Of a stretch of 56,838 nt of DNA, positions 55,161-56,838 are shown piece by piece (the stretch's first letter is position 1; each line of letters begins with the position of its first letter). A program made the position numbers and the translations under genes. The notes beneath the pieces are model-generated. The model had not been told where the DNA came from. It saw only the letters and a list, made by a program, of their open reading frames with translations, and did no database searches. Origin of the DNA: an uncultured Collinsella sp. (lineage in GTDB: Bacteria > Actinomycetota > Coriobacteriia > Coriobacteriales > Coriobacteriaceae); the NCBI GenBank assembly GCA_900546525.1, contig URDE01000001.1:1-56838 (forward strand), read 5' to 3'.

Positions 55161-56504
55161 ATGGCGAAGCGTTCTGGGTTGTATTCGGTGCCGTTTGGGG
55201 TTCCGGAACTTTCTTTTGATGAGGCTGTTGCACTTGCGGCCGATACGGGCAAGATTGCGCGCTATTCCACGCCGCTGCTCGAGACCGTCGTTGAGATGCT
55301 CGATGAGCTTGGTCGTCCTGATGAGTTCTATGATTGCGTCCAGATAGCCGGTACCAATGGAAAGACCTCGACGACGCGATTCTCGGCTGCCATTCTTCGT
55401 GGTGAGGGCCTTAAGACGGCGCTCTTTACGTCTCCTCATCTGGTGCGTTATCCCGAGCGTATGGAGATTGATGGAAAGGTCGTCTCAGACGAGGTCTTTG
55501 CCCATGGTGTCTCTGCGGCGTATGAGGCGGGTCGTCGTCTCAACGCACGTCGTGAGGCGGCGGGCGAGGAGCTTCGTTCTATTACGCCCTTCGATCTTTT
55601 GTCCGTGGCCGGTTTGACTATGTTTGCCGAGGCTTGCGTGGACGTTGCCGTGCTTGAGGTTGGCATGGGCGGACGCTGGGATGCTACGAGTGCGACCGAT
55701 CCCGTGGCCGTCGCCATTACGGGCATTGGACTCGACCATACGAAGGTCCTTGGCGACACGCTCGAGGCCATTGCAGGGGAGAAGGCTGCGGTTATCAAAC
55801 CCGGGCGTTTGGTTGTTTTGGGCGAGGGTACGCATGAGGCGAGCGTTCAGCGTGTGATGGATGCCCGTTGCCGCGAGTGCGGCGTTGTGCCGCTCGTGGT
55901 GAACCATGCCACAACAAAGGTTCCGGCACACGTGGGTGATACGGTGGAGTTTAGCTGCACCACGTCGCGCGCGATCTATACGTCGAGTATGGTCAAACCG
56001 GCGTATCAGCCGCAGAATGCCGCGTGCGCTATTATGCTGTGCGAGGGCTATCTGGGCCGCGAACTCGACCACGATGCGCTTGATGCGTCGCTTATGGGCT
56101 GCCCCACGCCGGGCCGCTTTGATGTGCTGGGGACTGATCCGCTCAAGCTAATTGACGCCTGCCATAACCCCCAGAGCTGCGAGAACTTTGTGAGCGCACT
56201 GGACGAGATCGATCCGTGCGTAGAGAATCGCCCCACGCTGTTGTGCGCTGCGCTGGCAGACAAGGACGTGGCGGGCATCGTCGACGTGCTGATTCCGGCG
56301 TTCCCCCGTGTGGTCGTGACGCAGACCGATTCCGATCGCGCCCTGCCGGCGGAGGAGCTCGCTGCCCTGGTGGACGCCGATAAGCTCGCGGGCGTGTATC
56401 CCAACGTATCCGAGGCCCTCGCAGCTTTCGAGGCCGCGGGCGAGCCCTTCGTAGCAGCCGGCACCATCACCCTAGCCGGCGAAGTAGCGGGGCTGCTGCG
56501 TTAG
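55161..56504 (+). CDS. folC: Folylpolyglutamate synthase / dihydrofolate synthase
   Basis: IAGTNGKTST, FTSPHL, LEVGMGGRWDAT, IGLDH, PGRF and IDACHNP motifs; valS-folC synteny. Confidence 0.93.
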   Translation: MAKRSGLYSVPFGVPELSFDEAVALAADTGKIARYSTPLLETVVEMLDELGRPDEFYDCVQIAGTNGKTSTTRFSAAILRGEGLKTALFTSPHLVRYPERMEIDGKVVSDEVFAHGVSAAYEAGRRLNARREAAGEELRSITPFDLLSVAGLTMFAEACVDVAVLEVGMGGRWDATSATDPVAVAITGIGLDHTKVLGDTLEAIAGEKAAVIKPGRLVVLGEGTHEASVQRVMDARCRECGVVPLVVNHATTKVPAHVGDTVEFSCTTSRAIYTSSMVKPAYQPQNAACAIMLCEGYLGRELDHDALDASLMGCPTPGRFDVLGTDPLKLIDACHNPQSCENFVSALDEIDPCVENRPTLLCAALADKDVAGIVDVLIPAFPRVVVTQTDSDRALPAEELAALVDADKLAGVYPNVSEALAAFEAAGEPFVAAGTITLAGEVAGLLR

Positions 56505-56537
56505 AGCCTTTCCGCTGGGCAGCTAGTTGGCCTGCTA

Positions 56538-56697
56538 GCCACGAAATGGGCCTATCTACTATGTTTGACCGGTTACCCCCGACCACACCGAGAATTGCAA
56601 AATCAAAACCGCAGGTAGAAGGCTTGCCAGTTATGCGAAAACGCGGGTGTGGTCGACCCATGCGGGTTAAACGTAGTAGATAGGCCGTTTTCGTGGC
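56538..56697. repeat. ~160-bp MITE-like unit with 33-bp imperfect terminal inverted repeats
   Basis: GCCACGAAATGGGCCTATCTACTATGTTTGACC vs reverse complement of 56665-56697, 29/33 identical. Confidence 0.7.
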
Positions 56698-56738
56698 GCA
56701 TCTCTAGACTGTCAAATTGGTCGACTTAGCCCCATGGC

Positions 56739-56753
56739 AGTTGCGGTGAAATA
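56739..56753. repeat. Truncated half copy of the AGTTGCGGTGAAATA REP-like family
   Basis: 15-nt exact match to the arms at 447, 17544 and 18829, then abrupt divergence. Confidence 0.65.
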
Positions 56754-56838
56754 GTTCCTGGATTATGCCTCTGTTGGACAATCGGGGGTGCGGACAGAAA
56801 GTTGGACCGTGAAGCGGTCCGGACTGGAGGTTCGCATG

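Noticed and set aside
445..56753. CRISPR array interpretation of the recurring palindromes
   Set aside because: Copies are dispersed and inverted rather than regularly spaced direct repeats; no cas genes

Overview
High-GC gut-anaerobe chromosomal region; gene content and style suggest Coriobacteriia (Collinsella-like), which is an inference. The core is a ~45 kb molybdenum/selenium/hydrogen island: moeA-mogA, modABC, a double-cubane-type reductase pair plus ATPase activator in an operon with selD (UGA/Sec17)-yedF-DUF3343-class V PLP lyase, brnQ, tRNA-Pro/tRNA-Gly, a formate hydrogenlyase-2-like cluster (selenoprotein fdhF with UGA/Sec140, hyfA-J, hycI, FocA-type channel), an orphan Mo-bisPGD enzyme, selA-selB-selC-mobA, gdhA and a ygfM/xdhD-like Mo-hydroxylase. 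Housekeeping genes follow (tRNA-Leu, tig, clpP, clpX, valS, folC). Most notable unannotated signals: (1) a 36-codon leader ORF with an in-frame UGA, a SECIS-like hairpin and a competing stem directly upstream of the selenium operon (candidate selenium-sensing attenuator); (2) an AbiEi/DUF559-like gene enclosed by 37-bp perfect inverted repeats built from a REP-like hairpin that also occurs solo elsewhere in the window (candidate new REP-mobiliser element); (3) two families of covarying rod-like repeats, one bracketing valS; (4) a tRNA-Sec with C33.
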